A DNA stretch of 64,000 nucleotides, taken from positions 11,747 through 75,746 of IMG/VR virus record IMGVR_UViG_3300020044_010179; one strand, 5' to 3'. The notes below the pieces were generated by a model, which saw nothing but the letters and a program-made list of their open reading frames with translations, had not been told where the DNA came from and searched no databases. Source of the DNA: a virus. Its lineage: Duplodnaviria > Caudoviricetes. A program made the position numbers and the translations under genes. This document shows positions 36,486 to 47,442 of the stretch, one piece after another; positions within the stretch are counted from its first letter, which is position 1, and each line of letters opens with the position of its first letter.

Positions 36486-39400
36486 TGGCTGCAGAAATTA
36501 CTCAAATAGATACTCAAGATTTTACTTCTCAAACATATGGGGGGAGTGATACATCTTTACTTTCTCAATTTGAAATTAATACATCTTTAACATCAAGTAG
36601 TTATATTGAATATTTTATATACGATAATAATCAAAATTTACTCTCAACAGATTATTCATTCTCAGAATACACAGTATTAAATAATGGTCAATCTGCGGGA
36701 ACTGACAATTCTTTATCCCAAATAGAAATAGACCCTGAAAAATCACTTATTAATTCAGGATATGATCAAGGTGAATATATTACATATTTTAATATTTTAA
36801 ATAAACAAATTGGTTCTGAATTACAACAGCTCTATATTACTGAAATATCATCTGATAGAACTGAAATTAGATTAGATAGTACTTCTTTAACTGAAATTGA
36901 TATAGTTGAACAAACTAATATTTTTATACAAGAACGAGAAAATAGTCCATATTTTCTAGATTTTTATTTAAATTTTGGAGATAATAATTTATTTATATCT
37001 AATAATATTTCATTAGATAATCAAGATCCAACTAACCCAACAGTATTAATTAAATTATATGAACCCCTTTCGGATGAATTTGATATAAATTCTACATTGT
37101 GGGTTGTAACTGTTGTAGAAGAACCGGTAGCTTACAAAGTTACCTTTGAAGATATACCTATAGTATTTACAGATACTACTAGTATTGGGGGACCTAATTT
37201 TAATTTAGATTTAAAAGATCAAGTTAACAATTCATCATTAGAGTTATCATATGCTGATTTAGTTTTAACATCTTTAACTAGTTCTGCGAATCAACTAAAT
37301 AGTTTACTTGAGGAAAAAGAAATAGACATAAATGTTGATTACTCAGACTTTTCTAATTTTATTCACTTTAGTTCAGTTCAATCAAGAATTGAAAATTTTT
37401 ATTATAAAGTTGGTTTAATAGAAAGTTATTCATCTTCTATTGCAATTTTAAATAATACTACAAATAATAACCCAAGTGCTAGTAAAGCTATATATGAATC
37501 TAAAATAAATAACATTATAACTAATTTTGATGGCTATGATTATTATTTATATTATTCTAGTGAGTCTTTAGCTTACCCAAAAACTAATTCAACCCTACCA
37601 TATACATTATATTCTTCTACAAGCCCAACAGTTTTAACTTGGTTAGGAAGTGCTGATGAAAATAATGCATATTATGGTGGAATACTCCTCTCAGCCTCTA
37701 TCTACGATAATTTAAACCAAAATAATTTATTTTATACTATTCCAGAATATTTAAGGGAAGATCCTGCAAATGATCCATATCAATTATTTATTGAAATGGT
37801 AGGACAACATTACGATAATATTTGGATATATTATAAAGATGTTACTCAAAAATACAATGCGGACAACCGTTTAGAAAATGGTATTTCAAAAGATATAGTA
37901 GCGGATGCTATTAGGGATTTTGGAATTAAATTATATCAAAATAATTTTTCAAATGAGGATTTATACACAGCATTTTTAGGTTTAACACCTGGAGGTGGTT
38001 TATTTCCATTTCCAAATATAACCGGATCTTTACCTACCCCTAGTGGATACGAGTATATTAACACAAAAATATCTGCTTCAAATGATTATTTACCGTTGGA
38101 TGACGTTAATAAATCGTTATATAAACGCATATACCATAATTTACCATACCTATTGCAAACAAAAGGTACATTGCCTGGTTTGCGTGCACTTATTACTTCA
38201 TATGGTATTCCTGATACAATATTAAGGATTAATGAATATGGTGGAAAAGATAAAACAAATACAAATGATTGGGATTATTGGCAAAATGAATTTAATTACG
38301 CTCATAAACAAAATGGATTTGAAACTCTTAATATCCCTTGGGTTTTAAATTCAAGGTGGGGATCAACTTCAAATGTACCTGAAACAGTAATGTTTAGATT
38401 TAAAACTAATAATTTACTTACTTCATCCCCTCCTCCCCTCCAATCTCCTTTAATTTCAAGCACACTAGATAAATTCAGAATAAACCTTACATACACAGGA
38501 TCAGCATATACTTCTGGTTCTTACAGTGGTTCAATTATTGATCCATATTACCAATATGCCCGTTTAGATTTTATTCCTAATGAGTACCCTTACCCTGATT
38601 CCAGTGCTAGTATTTTTTTACCCTTTTTTAATAATGATTGGTGGTCAGTAATGGTCACAAAAACTGGAACTGGATTATCAACTAATTTCCAATTATATGC
38701 AGGAAATAAAATATATGGTGGTGGTGAAAATGGAACCTCTATTGGTTTTTTTGCCTCATCCTCTATTATAGGGGAGGACACTTTATGGATTTCCCCTCTC
38801 GATGTATTCTTTCAATTATCTGGATCTTTTCAAGAAATTAGATATTATAATAAACCCATAAGTGAAAGTGTATTTAAAGACTATGTAATGAATCCTTCCT
38901 CAATTGAAGGAAACTCTTTAAATTCTGGAGCAGACCAATTAGCATTTAGATTACCTTTAGGAGGAGAATTATATACAGGATCAAATTCAATTCATCCAAA
39001 AGTTACGGGTTCATGGATTACTACATCTTCTTTTGCCTCTAACAATACTGCTTCTTTTAGTTCAACACCTACATTTGTAAAAAATACAGAATATTTTTAT
39101 TACGATCAACCAATAGCAGGAATTAAAAATGCAATTGCTGATAAAATTAGAGTTGAAAATAATGTAATCCCGGGTGGAGATGTATTATCACCATTCATGT
39201 CTTTATCTCAACAAGCTAATATATCTCAAAGTTATACAGCAAACACAAATTTACTTGAGGTAGCATTTTCACCACAAGATGAAGTAAATGATGATATTAA
39301 TTCCTCTCTTGGATATTTTAATATAGGAGAATATATTGGAGACCCAAGACTACGTTCTTCCTCAGCTGAATCATATCCATCTTTAGATGCTTTAAGAGAT

Positions 39401-42400
39401 TCATATTTTCAAAAATATACTAAAAATTATAATTTAGTTGATTTTGTTCGTTTAATTAAATTTTTTGACAATTCATTATTTAAAATGATAAAAGATTTTG
39501 TACCTGCTCGTACAAGTCTTGCTTCTGGAATTGTAATTAAACAACATATTTTAGAAAGAAATAAATATCCTCAACCACAAGTTGATACTAATTCTACTAT
39601 AGCATATTATACTAGTGGATCTACAAAAAATAAACCACTTACATTTCAAGATATATCCGTTTCTGGTACATTATTACCACAATGGAACGACTATAATGCG
39701 GGTACAGTAGAAAACTTTGATGGAGGTACTGCAGGAGTATTTGAAATGTTTAATGGGACCGCTTTTGCTCCATCCGGCTCTAATATATTTAATTTAACAC
39801 AAAGTTGGAGTGAATTAATCCAAAATGCTTCTGGATCTGTAAATGTAATTCATAATTCACAAGATGAATTTTACAATGGTGAATTTGATGGCTCAGTTTT
39901 AACAGTTACTACTCAAAGTTTACATGCACCCTTTCCAATTGAGAATATAGATTTTAGCTATACTCCCGTAATATATGCACCTAATTTATACAGTGGAAAT
40001 ACATTTATAAATCCTGTACTCCTTAATGATTACGATAGTGAAAATTACCAATTGACCCAAGATCAATTTTTAAATAATCTTACAGTACCTGCTCAAGGAG
40101 AAATTTTACTTTTAGATAATTTTAGAATAAAAAGTCCTCCATACACACCATCACCATTTGCTTATGTAAAAATTCATAAAATAGATAATAATAATACTAA
40201 CAATAATATTGCTCTAGGACAAGCTACTAAATTATTTATTCAATTTACTCTATCGAATAATTATAAATTAATAGGAGATATTGTAGGAGTAACAGAATAC
40301 CCAACATACTATTTATATAAAGTTCAAAAATTAGATTTTATTTATTTTAATGAAGCTAATAATTATATTAAAAATTATAAGGTTTCTGCTTCTTTTACTT
40401 CTTCTATTTTTCAATTTGCTACAGGTTCTGAAAACATAACAACTCTTTTTCCTTACCAACCTTCTCCTGCAAATACTAACATATTCACCCAATTTAATAC
40501 TTCCTCAGGCACCTATACCTCTCCAGGAACCCCTAATGTACGTCTTAGTATTACTGCTTCTATTACAACAAGTGGATCAGCTTTAAGTATTTGGACTCTT
40601 CAAACAAACGGAGTTTCTTTACTAGATGGAAATTCCCCAGGAAGTTCTCAAATTATACAACCAGCAGGTTCAAATGTAACAAGAACTCTTTCCGGATCAT
40701 TTTTTGCTTTAGATGGTGACAATATCCAGTTAGTAGGTTATAGAGATTATACTGGATTCTCTCAAATAGTAAAATCAGGCAGCTTTTTAGTTACACAAAG
40801 TTCAAATTGGTCAATAAGTACTAGTCCAACATCATCAGTATCGTGTTCCCTTATAATTGAACCTTATATTACCGACCCCAATTTTTATAACAGCAATAAT
40901 AATGCTCTTTTAAATAGCGTTAATGATCAAAGAGAAAATTCTTTTGCTCTAGATGTAGATTATGGATATGGAATAACTCCAATTAACTTTGGTTTATTAA
41001 TTTCCGGAACAGCAGCCCCATCTACTGTACCTGATTCAAATTATACCTCTAAAAAATCTACTCTTTTAAAATATGATGGTTCAAAATCAACCTCACAACT
41101 TTTAAATCAATGGACCCAAGAAGATACAGGAACATATGGTAAATTACCTACAGTAGAAAGTCTAAAAACATATATAGCATATTGTGATGGGATTAATGGA
41201 TGGCCACCAGAGCATGAAAATGCATCAGCAATGAATGTTTTGTATTTAATTAAAGCTGATGGTACTGTAGTTATTCCAAATACTTCAAAAGATTCACTAT
41301 CAATAATGCAACAAACATTTCAAACTGGTGAAAGAGTATTTATTAGTACAAAAAATGGATCTACATCCCCACTTGATCCTTATAGAACTGTTATTAGAGG
41401 AGGATCCCACATTGAACCTATTTTATATACTCAATATGGTCAACTTCCTGGTGTAAATTTTAATACTACTATGAGTTTTGAAGATATAGCTCTTGCCCCT
41501 GGTGGAGCTACAGCAAATTACGCTGCTTTATATAAACCCTCATCATCTTTAGGTATCACACCAAATACCGAAACAATAGTCCCACTTAATATTGTATTAT
41601 ATGGAGCGGCAATTGGAACATTAAATTCATATGATGTTACTTCTGCATGTGTGCAAGATGGTGTTGATTTAACTTTTATTCTAACACCTAAAGTTGTATT
41701 GTCATATGGTTCTGGAAGTCTTGGTGGAACAGGAACGGCACCTAGCAATATAAATATTATATTTAATTTATATAAAAATTCAATAACTTCAAATAACACA
41801 TTATCAACAAATACGTTTGGACCATATACTTTTCAAAATGGACAATATGCTCAAGGTACATATGTTGCTAACCCAACCGAACTTACTTTTCCTCCCCTAA
41901 CCTACACTCTCTTATCAGCTAATCTAAATACTAGTGATAAAATTTTTGCAACTGTAAAAATTACTCATAACGTGTCAAGTACTCAGTATATTAATTTTTT
42001 TCATTCTTTAAGTAATTCTCCCTTACAAGTTTCCCAATACCCAATATTTACAGCACCCGTAACATCTTCAGGATATAATAAAATTTGGGGATATGGAAAT
42101 AAAACTACTTATCCATATATAATTACCTCTTCTAATACTACTTTAGTTCAATTATATGGAAATCCTAATGTTAGAGCAAAATCTATTACAGGATCGGGTT
42201 TTAATACAATCCAATCCCCTTGGAAAATAAATTATGGAGATGAATTTAAATTTGAAGGTAGAGAAGATTGGTCATATATGGTAAAAAATATATATGCTCC
42301 TGCAGAAAGTGGATCTGGAAGAATATTTCAAACAGGATCTATTGAAGTTCATTTTAATGCAAACTTACCAGTTTCAGCATCTTCTAGTGTATTTAATTTA

Positions 42401-42577
42401 GATCATTTTTTAATCCGTAGGTATGTTGATGATGCTGCACAAAATATTATAACAGGATTTAGACCTCCTAGTTCGCAAGGTCCTTATCTTATAAAACCTG
42501 AATTTGTAGTTCCTGAATTAAATAAATCAATAGATGAAATTATATTAGATCTTACGCAAAAAGGTTTGATTACATAA
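36485..42577 (+). CDS. 2030 aa virion structural protein (large baseplate wedge/tail component)
   Basis: Baseplate context; LPYLLQTKGT...ALITSYGIP motif of wedge proteins; LamG-like middle region; S/T/G-rich beta C-terminal half. Confidence 0.65.
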   Translation: MAAEITQIDTQDFTSQTYGGSDTSLLSQFEINTSLTSSSYIEYFIYDNNQNLLSTDYSFSEYTVLNNGQSAGTDNSLSQIEIDPEKSLINSGYDQGEYITYFNILNKQIGSELQQLYITEISSDRTEIRLDSTSLTEIDIVEQTNIFIQERENSPYFLDFYLNFGDNNLFISNNISLDNQDPTNPTVLIKLYEPLSDEFDINSTLWVVTVVEEPVAYKVTFEDIPIVFTDTTSIGGPNFNLDLKDQVNNSSLELSYADLVLTSLTSSANQLNSLLEEKEIDINVDYSDFSNFIHFSSVQSRIENFYYKVGLIESYSSSIAILNNTTNNNPSASKAIYESKINNIITNFDGYDYYLYYSSESLAYPKTNSTLPYTLYSSTSPTVLTWLGSADENNAYYGGILLSASIYDNLNQNNLFYTIPEYLREDPANDPYQLFIEMVGQHYDNIWIYYKDVTQKYNADNRLENGISKDIVADAIRDFGIKLYQNNFSNEDLYTAFLGLTPGGGLFPFPNITGSLPTPSGYEYINTKISASNDYLPLDDVNKSLYKRIYHNLPYLLQTKGTLPGLRALITSYGIPDTILRINEYGGKDKTNTNDWDYWQNEFNYAHKQNGFETLNIPWVLNSRWGSTSNVPETVMFRFKTNNLLTSSPPPLQSPLISSTLDKFRINLTYTGSAYTSGSYSGSIIDPYYQYARLDFIPNEYPYPDSSASIFLPFFNNDWWSVMVTKTGTGLSTNFQLYAGNKIYGGGENGTSIGFFASSSIIGEDTLWISPLDVFFQLSGSFQEIRYYNKPISESVFKDYVMNPSSIEGNSLNSGADQLAFRLPLGGELYTGSNSIHPKVTGSWITTSSFASNNTASFSSTPTFVKNTEYFYYDQPIAGIKNAIADKIRVENNVIPGGDVLSPFMSLSQQANISQSYTANTNLLEVAFSPQDEVNDDINSSLGYFNIGEYIGDPRLRSSSAESYPSLDALRDSYFQKYTKNYNLVDFVRLIKFFDNSLFKMIKDFVPARTSLASGIVIKQHILERNKYPQPQVDTNSTIAYYTSGSTKNKPLTFQDISVSGTLLPQWNDYNAGTVENFDGGTAGVFEMFNGTAFAPSGSNIFNLTQSWSELIQNASGSVNVIHNSQDEFYNGEFDGSVLTVTTQSLHAPFPIENIDFSYTPVIYAPNLYSGNTFINPVLLNDYDSENYQLTQDQFLNNLTVPAQGEILLLDNFRIKSPPYTPSPFAYVKIHKIDNNNTNNNIALGQATKLFIQFTLSNNYKLIGDIVGVTEYPTYYLYKVQKLDFIYFNEANNYIKNYKVSASFTSSIFQFATGSENITTLFPYQPSPANTNIFTQFNTSSGTYTSPGTPNVRLSITASITTSGSALSIWTLQTNGVSLLDGNSPGSSQIIQPAGSNVTRTLSGSFFALDGDNIQLVGYRDYTGFSQIVKSGSFLVTQSSNWSISTSPTSSVSCSLIIEPYITDPNFYNSNNNALLNSVNDQRENSFALDVDYGYGITPINFGLLISGTAAPSTVPDSNYTSKKSTLLKYDGSKSTSQLLNQWTQEDTGTYGKLPTVESLKTYIAYCDGINGWPPEHENASAMNVLYLIKADGTVVIPNTSKDSLSIMQQTFQTGERVFISTKNGSTSPLDPYRTVIRGGSHIEPILYTQYGQLPGVNFNTTMSFEDIALAPGGATANYAALYKPSSSLGITPNTETIVPLNIVLYGAAIGTLNSYDVTSACVQDGVDLTFILTPKVVLSYGSGSLGGTGTAPSNINIIFNLYKNSITSNNTLSTNTFGPYTFQNGQYAQGTYVANPTELTFPPLTYTLLSANLNTSDKIFATVKITHNVSSTQYINFFHSLSNSPLQVSQYPIFTAPVTSSGYNKIWGYGNKTTYPYIITSSNTTLVQLYGNPNVRAKSITGSGFNTIQSPWKINYGDEFKFEGREDWSYMVKNIYAPAESGSGRIFQTGSIEVHFNANLPVSASSSVFNLDHFLIRRYVDDAAQNIITGFRPPSSQGPYLIKPEFVVPELNKSIDEIILDLTQKGLIT

Positions 42578-42584
42578 TATTTAT
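42577..42584 (+). promoter_or_regulatory. Late promoter motif ATATTTAT
   Basis: Upstream of ORF 42614. Confidence 0.55.
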
Positions 42585-42613
42585 TAGTATAATAGAATAT
42601 ATAACACAACAAT

Positions 42614-43279
42614 ATGGGATATTTAAATAATAGCGTCGTTACAGTAGATGCAATTTTAACAACAAAAGGAAGAGAACTTTTAGCAAAAAATGATGGCTCT
42701 TTTCGAATTACACAATTTGCTTTTGCAGATGATGAAATAGATTATACTTTATATAACCCAACACATCCCTCTGGATCTGCATTTTATGGAGAAGCTATTC
42801 AAAATATGCCTTTACTTGAGGCTTTTCCTCAAGAAACCCAAATTATGAAATATAAATTAGCTACTTTACCTCGTGGAACAGCTAAATTACCAGTTTTAAA
42901 TTTAGGATATTCAGCTATTACTTTAGTTCAAGGTGCTTCTTTAGCTATTACCCCACAAACTTTAAATTATTTAGGCAATGCTCAAGCATATGAAACTAGT
43001 GGATATTCGGCTACAATTTCTGATGTTAGATTAATGAGTACATTTACGGGGATTGGAATTAATACAACAGCTGCACAAACATCAAATGCACCTATTACAA
43101 CAACTTTAGGAACTAATGTTTCTCAAACTGTAATTGGTTCTCAAATTAATTTAAGAGCAACAACAGTAAATACTTTATTTGGTTCTAACACTCAACTTTC
43201 CGCTACATTAACTGTTGTAGGTTTAGATAGTGGAGCTCGTTTAACCATCCCTATTTTAATTAATAAAACAATAGTTTAA
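42614..43279 (+). CDS. Virion structural protein
   Basis: MGYLNNS...DAILTTKGRELLA...ITQFAFADDEIDY resembles tail-collar/baseplate N-termini. Confidence 0.6.
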   Translation: MGYLNNSVVTVDAILTTKGRELLAKNDGSFRITQFAFADDEIDYTLYNPTHPSGSAFYGEAIQNMPLLEAFPQETQIMKYKLATLPRGTAKLPVLNLGYSAITLVQGASLAITPQTLNYLGNAQAYETSGYSATISDVRLMSTFTGIGINTTAAQTSNAPITTTLGTNVSQTVIGSQINLRATTVNTLFGSNTQLSATLTVVGLDSGARLTIPILINKTIV

Positions 43280-43289
43280 ATTATAAAAT

Positions 43290-44303
43290 ATGTCATTTAA
43301 AAGATTAGACCCTGAAGATTTTTTAGTTAGTTCAGATTCAATTGTTAATACTCTGTGGTCAACAGATACACCAACTTTAACTACTTTTTTTACTTCCTCT
43401 ATTCAGGCTGGATCTTCTACAGGTAATTATTACTATAGTGTTTATCAAACTGGATCTACACTTTCAAATGCTGCTGTGCAATTTGATATAGCATATGCTG
43501 ATTCAAAAGGAAGTGGAAGTGTATTATATAATAATGCTGTTCCTGGAGTATCTCCTACAAAAACTATATATGGTCAATATCGTTCTATGATTTTAGAGGA
43601 TGAAAATTCATCTTTTACTTTTGGAAAAGGAACTAATATTTATACAACTACTAATTTTTGGGTAATAAATTTTGAAAGAGCAAGATATAAACAATCTTTA
43701 TTCCCTGGATCTTTAAATTTAAAACTTTCTGGATCTAATGGAATCATAAATCTTACAGATGACTCAGTAGATAATCCTGTATCCCAATTCTTAGGTTCAA
43801 CTAGAGTATATCAATTAATTTCTGGCTCTAATGGAACAGCAGGAACTTTAGCAAATAGTGGATATGTAGCCGGATCTGGTTCATATGGTTTAGTATTCCC
43901 TGATTTAGGGACCATATTAATTAACCCAACAGCTGTATCTCAATCAATTAGAGTATCCCCAAGTAGATCAAATAATTCAGATGGTTTAAATAACCAAAAA
44001 TTATTTTCAGCTATTGATTTAGGTGATTCATTTACAATCAACTCCCAAGAAACACTTACTTCAGACTATGTTTTTGTTAGAGCACGTAATAGTGAATTTA
44101 ACTACTCTGAAAACCCATCATTTATTTCTGGTTCAACAGGTGAGATAATTTATGATGATTTTATTAATGCTCCCCAAGTTTATCTTACTACTATTGGAAT
44201 GTATAACGATAGTAATGAATTAGTAGCGGTAGCTAAAATGTCAAGACCATTATTAAAAGATTTTACAAAAGAAGCTTTAGTTAGAGTAAAATTAGATTTT
44301 TAG
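43290..44303 (+). CDS. Virion structural protein (baseplate/tail collar-like)
   Basis: C-terminal YLTTIGMYNDSNELVAVAKMSRP. Confidence 0.6.
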   Translation: MSFKRLDPEDFLVSSDSIVNTLWSTDTPTLTTFFTSSIQAGSSTGNYYYSVYQTGSTLSNAAVQFDIAYADSKGSGSVLYNNAVPGVSPTKTIYGQYRSMILEDENSSFTFGKGTNIYTTTNFWVINFERARYKQSLFPGSLNLKLSGSNGIINLTDDSVDNPVSQFLGSTRVYQLISGSNGTAGTLANSGYVAGSGSYGLVFPDLGTILINPTAVSQSIRVSPSRSNNSDGLNNQKLFSAIDLGDSFTINSQETLTSDYVFVRARNSEFNYSENPSFISGSTGEIIYDDFINAPQVYLTTIGMYNDSNELVAVAKMSRPLLKDFTKEALVRVKLDF

Positions 44304-44308
44304 AATGA

Positions 44309-45250
44309 ATGAGCATATTCAAACCATTTATAACTTCTGATGTTATTGTTTCTCCTTTTAAGGTAAATAAATCATTTACTTTTACAGGAAACGAGCTTAC
44401 CGGCTCAAATGTACAAATCGATAGATTTCTTGGAAAAAATATTACAGCATCTTTATGGGTATCTGGTTCAAACAATACTGGGTATATTACAACCCAATCA
44501 AGTCAATTAGTATATCGTTCTATTAAAGAACTTTATTACTCTAATTATATTGGAGGAGATAATGGAGCCCCGGCAGCAACGGCTTCCTTTAATAATGATG
44601 GAACAATAACAGGTCTTGCTTATACTCCAAATTACTATAACTATTTATCAAATACTTTAACTGCTAGCAGGTATTTTCCTACAGGATCGAATGAAATAGT
44701 TACTGTAATATCTATCCCTTCAAATTTATTTGGTGAATACCTAAACCCAGGAACCATTTCACTTACCTCAGCTAGTTTAAATCTATATGATGATGGATTA
44801 GGTAATTTAATCTCGGCATCAAAAAAAGTAGGAGATGTTATTTATGAACATGGAATAATTACTATAACTAATAGCGGTACAACACCATATAGTTCAATTT
44901 TACCTAATAATTTTTATAGTGGTTCATTAACTTGCTCATTTGAAAGTACAGTCACTATATATGAAACCCAATATAAATGCACTATTAGAGAAAATGAATT
45001 TAATTTTTCAAATAACCCATCATTAACTTCAGGATCAACAGCTATAAGCAATGATAGTGGCAGTTCATTCCCTCAACCAGGAAGTGGAAAATTAAATGAT
45101 AACGTAACAGGTTCATATTTTTCTCCATATATTACAACTGTTGGATTATACAACAACAATAAAGAATTAATAGCGGTAGCAAAACTTGCTCAACCATTAC
45201 CTGTATCCTCTGTTACAGACACCTCAATATTAATAAACTTTGATTTTTAA
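44309..45250 (+). CDS. Virion structural protein, paralog of 43290
   Basis: EFNFSNNPS and YITTVGLYNNNKELIAVAKLAQP are shared with the upstream gene. Confidence 0.6.
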   Translation: MSIFKPFITSDVIVSPFKVNKSFTFTGNELTGSNVQIDRFLGKNITASLWVSGSNNTGYITTQSSQLVYRSIKELYYSNYIGGDNGAPAATASFNNDGTITGLAYTPNYYNYLSNTLTASRYFPTGSNEIVTVISIPSNLFGEYLNPGTISLTSASLNLYDDGLGNLISASKKVGDVIYEHGIITITNSGTTPYSSILPNNFYSGSLTCSFESTVTIYETQYKCTIRENEFNFSNNPSLTSGSTAISNDSGSSFPQPGSGKLNDNVTGSYFSPYITTVGLYNNNKELIAVAKLAQPLPVSSVTDTSILINFDF

Positions 45251-45255
45251 AATTT

Positions 45256-45714
45256 ATGTCAAAATGGTTTTACAACGATAAATGGATAGAATCCATTGAA
45301 GATTTTCCCCAAGGAACCTATGGTTTTATTTATATTTCTGTTCATATACCAACCGGTAAATCTTATTTAGGTAAAAAATCTTTATACCACAATGTAAAGA
45401 AAAAACTAGGTAAAAAAGAATTAGCTGAACAACCTGTAACTAGAGGAAGAACATCTACTACAAAACAAATTATAAAAGAATCTGACTGGAAAACATACTA
45501 TGGATCAGCAAAACCTATACTTGAACTTATAAAATTAGGAAAACAAAAAGATTTTGATCGTAAAATTTTATGTATTGTTCCAAACAAAAAACTATTGACA
45601 TATTATGAATGCAAATATTTGTTTCAATTAGGTGTTTTAGAAAATCCAAACGATTGGATAAATGATAATATTTTAGGAAAGTTTTTTCGAAAAGACTTTG
45701 TTCCCCAAGATTAA
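45256..45714 (+). CDS. GIY-YIG-family (Seg-like) nuclease
   Basis: YGFIYISVHIPTGKSYLGKK, YYGS, E...N pattern. Confidence 0.6.
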   Translation: MSKWFYNDKWIESIEDFPQGTYGFIYISVHIPTGKSYLGKKSLYHNVKKKLGKKELAEQPVTRGRTSTTKQIIKESDWKTYYGSAKPILELIKLGKQKDFDRKILCIVPNKKLLTYYECKYLFQLGVLENPNDWINDNILGKFFRKDFVPQD

Positions 45715-45725
45715 TATTGTATCTT
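45697..45725 (+). promoter_or_regulatory. Canonical Bacteroidota promoter TTTG-N19-TATCTT
   Basis: TTTG 45697-45700; TATCTT 45720-45725; upstream of the primase. Confidence 0.6.
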
Positions 45726-45731
45726 ACATTT

Positions 45732-46661
45732 ATGGTAAATGAATTACTAGTTAATTTAGTTAATTCTGTTCTAGGAGCAGGCAAACGTACTGCAAGAGGA
45801 AATCAATCTTATACTTGTCCTTTTTGTCATCACCACAAACCCAAACTTGAAGTTAATTTTACTGAAAATAAAGATGGTATAAATCAATGGGCTTGTTGGA
45901 CGTGTAGTAAAAAAGGAAAATCAATAAAAAGTCTTTTTAATCAAATTAAAGTTGATGCTAATCACTTTCATGAATTAAGTAAATTAGTTAAAAATGTATC
46001 TTTACACAATATAGGTGAATCAACCTTTACCACATTAGAATTACCAAAAGAATTTAAAACATTTACAAATAATAAGGATATTGTAGCAAGACATGCTTGG
46101 TCTTATCTTAAAAAAAGAAACATAACCCAACAGGATATCTTAAAGTACAACATTGGCTACTGCAATTCAGGCCAATATAATAATATGATAGTTATACCGT
46201 CATATGATAGCACCGGTAAATTAAATTATTTTACCGCTAGATCATTTGAGCCAAATCCTTACACCAAGTACCGCAACCCGGAAACGTCTCGCGATATTAT
46301 ACCGTTAGAATTGTTTATTAATTGGGATTTACCTATTATATTATGTGAAGGACCATTTGATGCTATGGCAATAAAACGAAATGCGGTTCCATTATTTGGA
46401 AAAAATATTCAACCTAGTTTAATGAAAAAATTAGTTGAATCAAAAGTACAAAAAATATATATTGCTTTAGATAACGATGCTATAAAGCAAGCACTTAGAT
46501 TTTGTGAACAACTATTAGATGTTGGAAAGGAAGTTTATTTAGTAGAATTACAAGGGAAAGACCCTAGTGAATTAGGTTTTGAAAATTTTACAAAACTAAT
46601 ACAAACAGTGTCTCCATTAACACAATATAAACTTATGGAGAAGAAACTATCAACTATATGA
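45732..46661 (+). CDS. DNA primase (DnaG/T4 gp61-like)
   Basis: CPFCHH...CWTC zinc domain; LCEGPFDA and ALDNDA TOPRIM motifs. Confidence 0.88.
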   Translation: MVNELLVNLVNSVLGAGKRTARGNQSYTCPFCHHHKPKLEVNFTENKDGINQWACWTCSKKGKSIKSLFNQIKVDANHFHELSKLVKNVSLHNIGESTFTTLELPKEFKTFTNNKDIVARHAWSYLKKRNITQQDILKYNIGYCNSGQYNNMIVIPSYDSTGKLNYFTARSFEPNPYTKYRNPETSRDIIPLELFINWDLPIILCEGPFDAMAIKRNAVPLFGKNIQPSLMKKLVESKVQKIYIALDNDAIKQALRFCEQLLDVGKEVYLVELQGKDPSELGFENFTKLIQTVSPLTQYKLMEKKLSTI

Positions 46662-47431
46662 CAAAAAGAAACATTAAAAGATCTTACAATAGAATTTTAG
46701 AAATTTCAGAAGATGCAAAACAAATAACATTACCCGATTCAAGATATTATCGTAGAAATGGTAAATATTACCCTTCTATTACATATGTTTTAAGTTATTA
46801 TCCAAAAGGTAAATTTTTTGAAAATTGGCTTAAACAAGTAGGATTTGCTTCAGAACACATTGTTAAAAAAGCAGGTGAAGAAGGTACTCAAGTGCATGAA
46901 ATGATTGAAGAGTACTTAAACGGAAAAGAACTTAACTTTTTGTCCCCAAGTGGAACTCCATTATTTAATCCAGATGTATGGCAAATGTTTTTACGTTTTG
47001 TAGATTTTTGGGAGGAATATAAACCAACATTAATTGAAGCTGAAGTACATTTATTTTCAGATGAAATAAAAGTAGCAGGTACTTGTGACATGGTTTGCGA
47101 AATTAATGGTGAAATTTGGATTATTGACTTTAAAACATCAAATCACTTACAAACAACATATGATTTACAAACGGCAATTTATGGTAAATGCTATGAAGAA
47201 TGTTTTGGTAAAAAAGCAGATCGTTATGGGATTTTATGGTTAAAATCAAGCAAACGTAAAAGTGCTAAAGATAAAATGCAAGGTAAAGGATGGGAAATGT
47301 ATGAATCATCTCGTACACAAGAGGAAAATATTGATATTTTCTTAACAGTTAAAAAATTATTTGATTTAGAAAACCCAACCCACTCACCAATATTTACTGA
47401 ATTTAAAACTAGTGTTAAGCGAGAGTTGTAA
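46658..47431 (+). CDS. PD-(D/E)XK exonuclease
   Basis: YPSITYVL, EGTQVHEMIE, AGTCD...IIDFKTS, LQTAIY. Confidence 0.85.
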   Translation: MTKRNIKRSYNRILEISEDAKQITLPDSRYYRRNGKYYPSITYVLSYYPKGKFFENWLKQVGFASEHIVKKAGEEGTQVHEMIEEYLNGKELNFLSPSGTPLFNPDVWQMFLRFVDFWEEYKPTLIEAEVHLFSDEIKVAGTCDMVCEINGEIWIIDFKTSNHLQTTYDLQTAIYGKCYEECFGKKADRYGILWLKSSKRKSAKDKMQGKGWEMYESSRTQEENIDIFLTVKKLFDLENPTHSPIFTEFKTSVKREL

Positions 47432-47442
47432 TATGTATAATT

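Noticed and set aside
29842-45250. Diversity-generating retroelement acting on tail genes
   Set aside because: No reverse transcriptase and no template/variable repeat pair seen; the similarity between 43290 and 44309 is old protein-level paralogy
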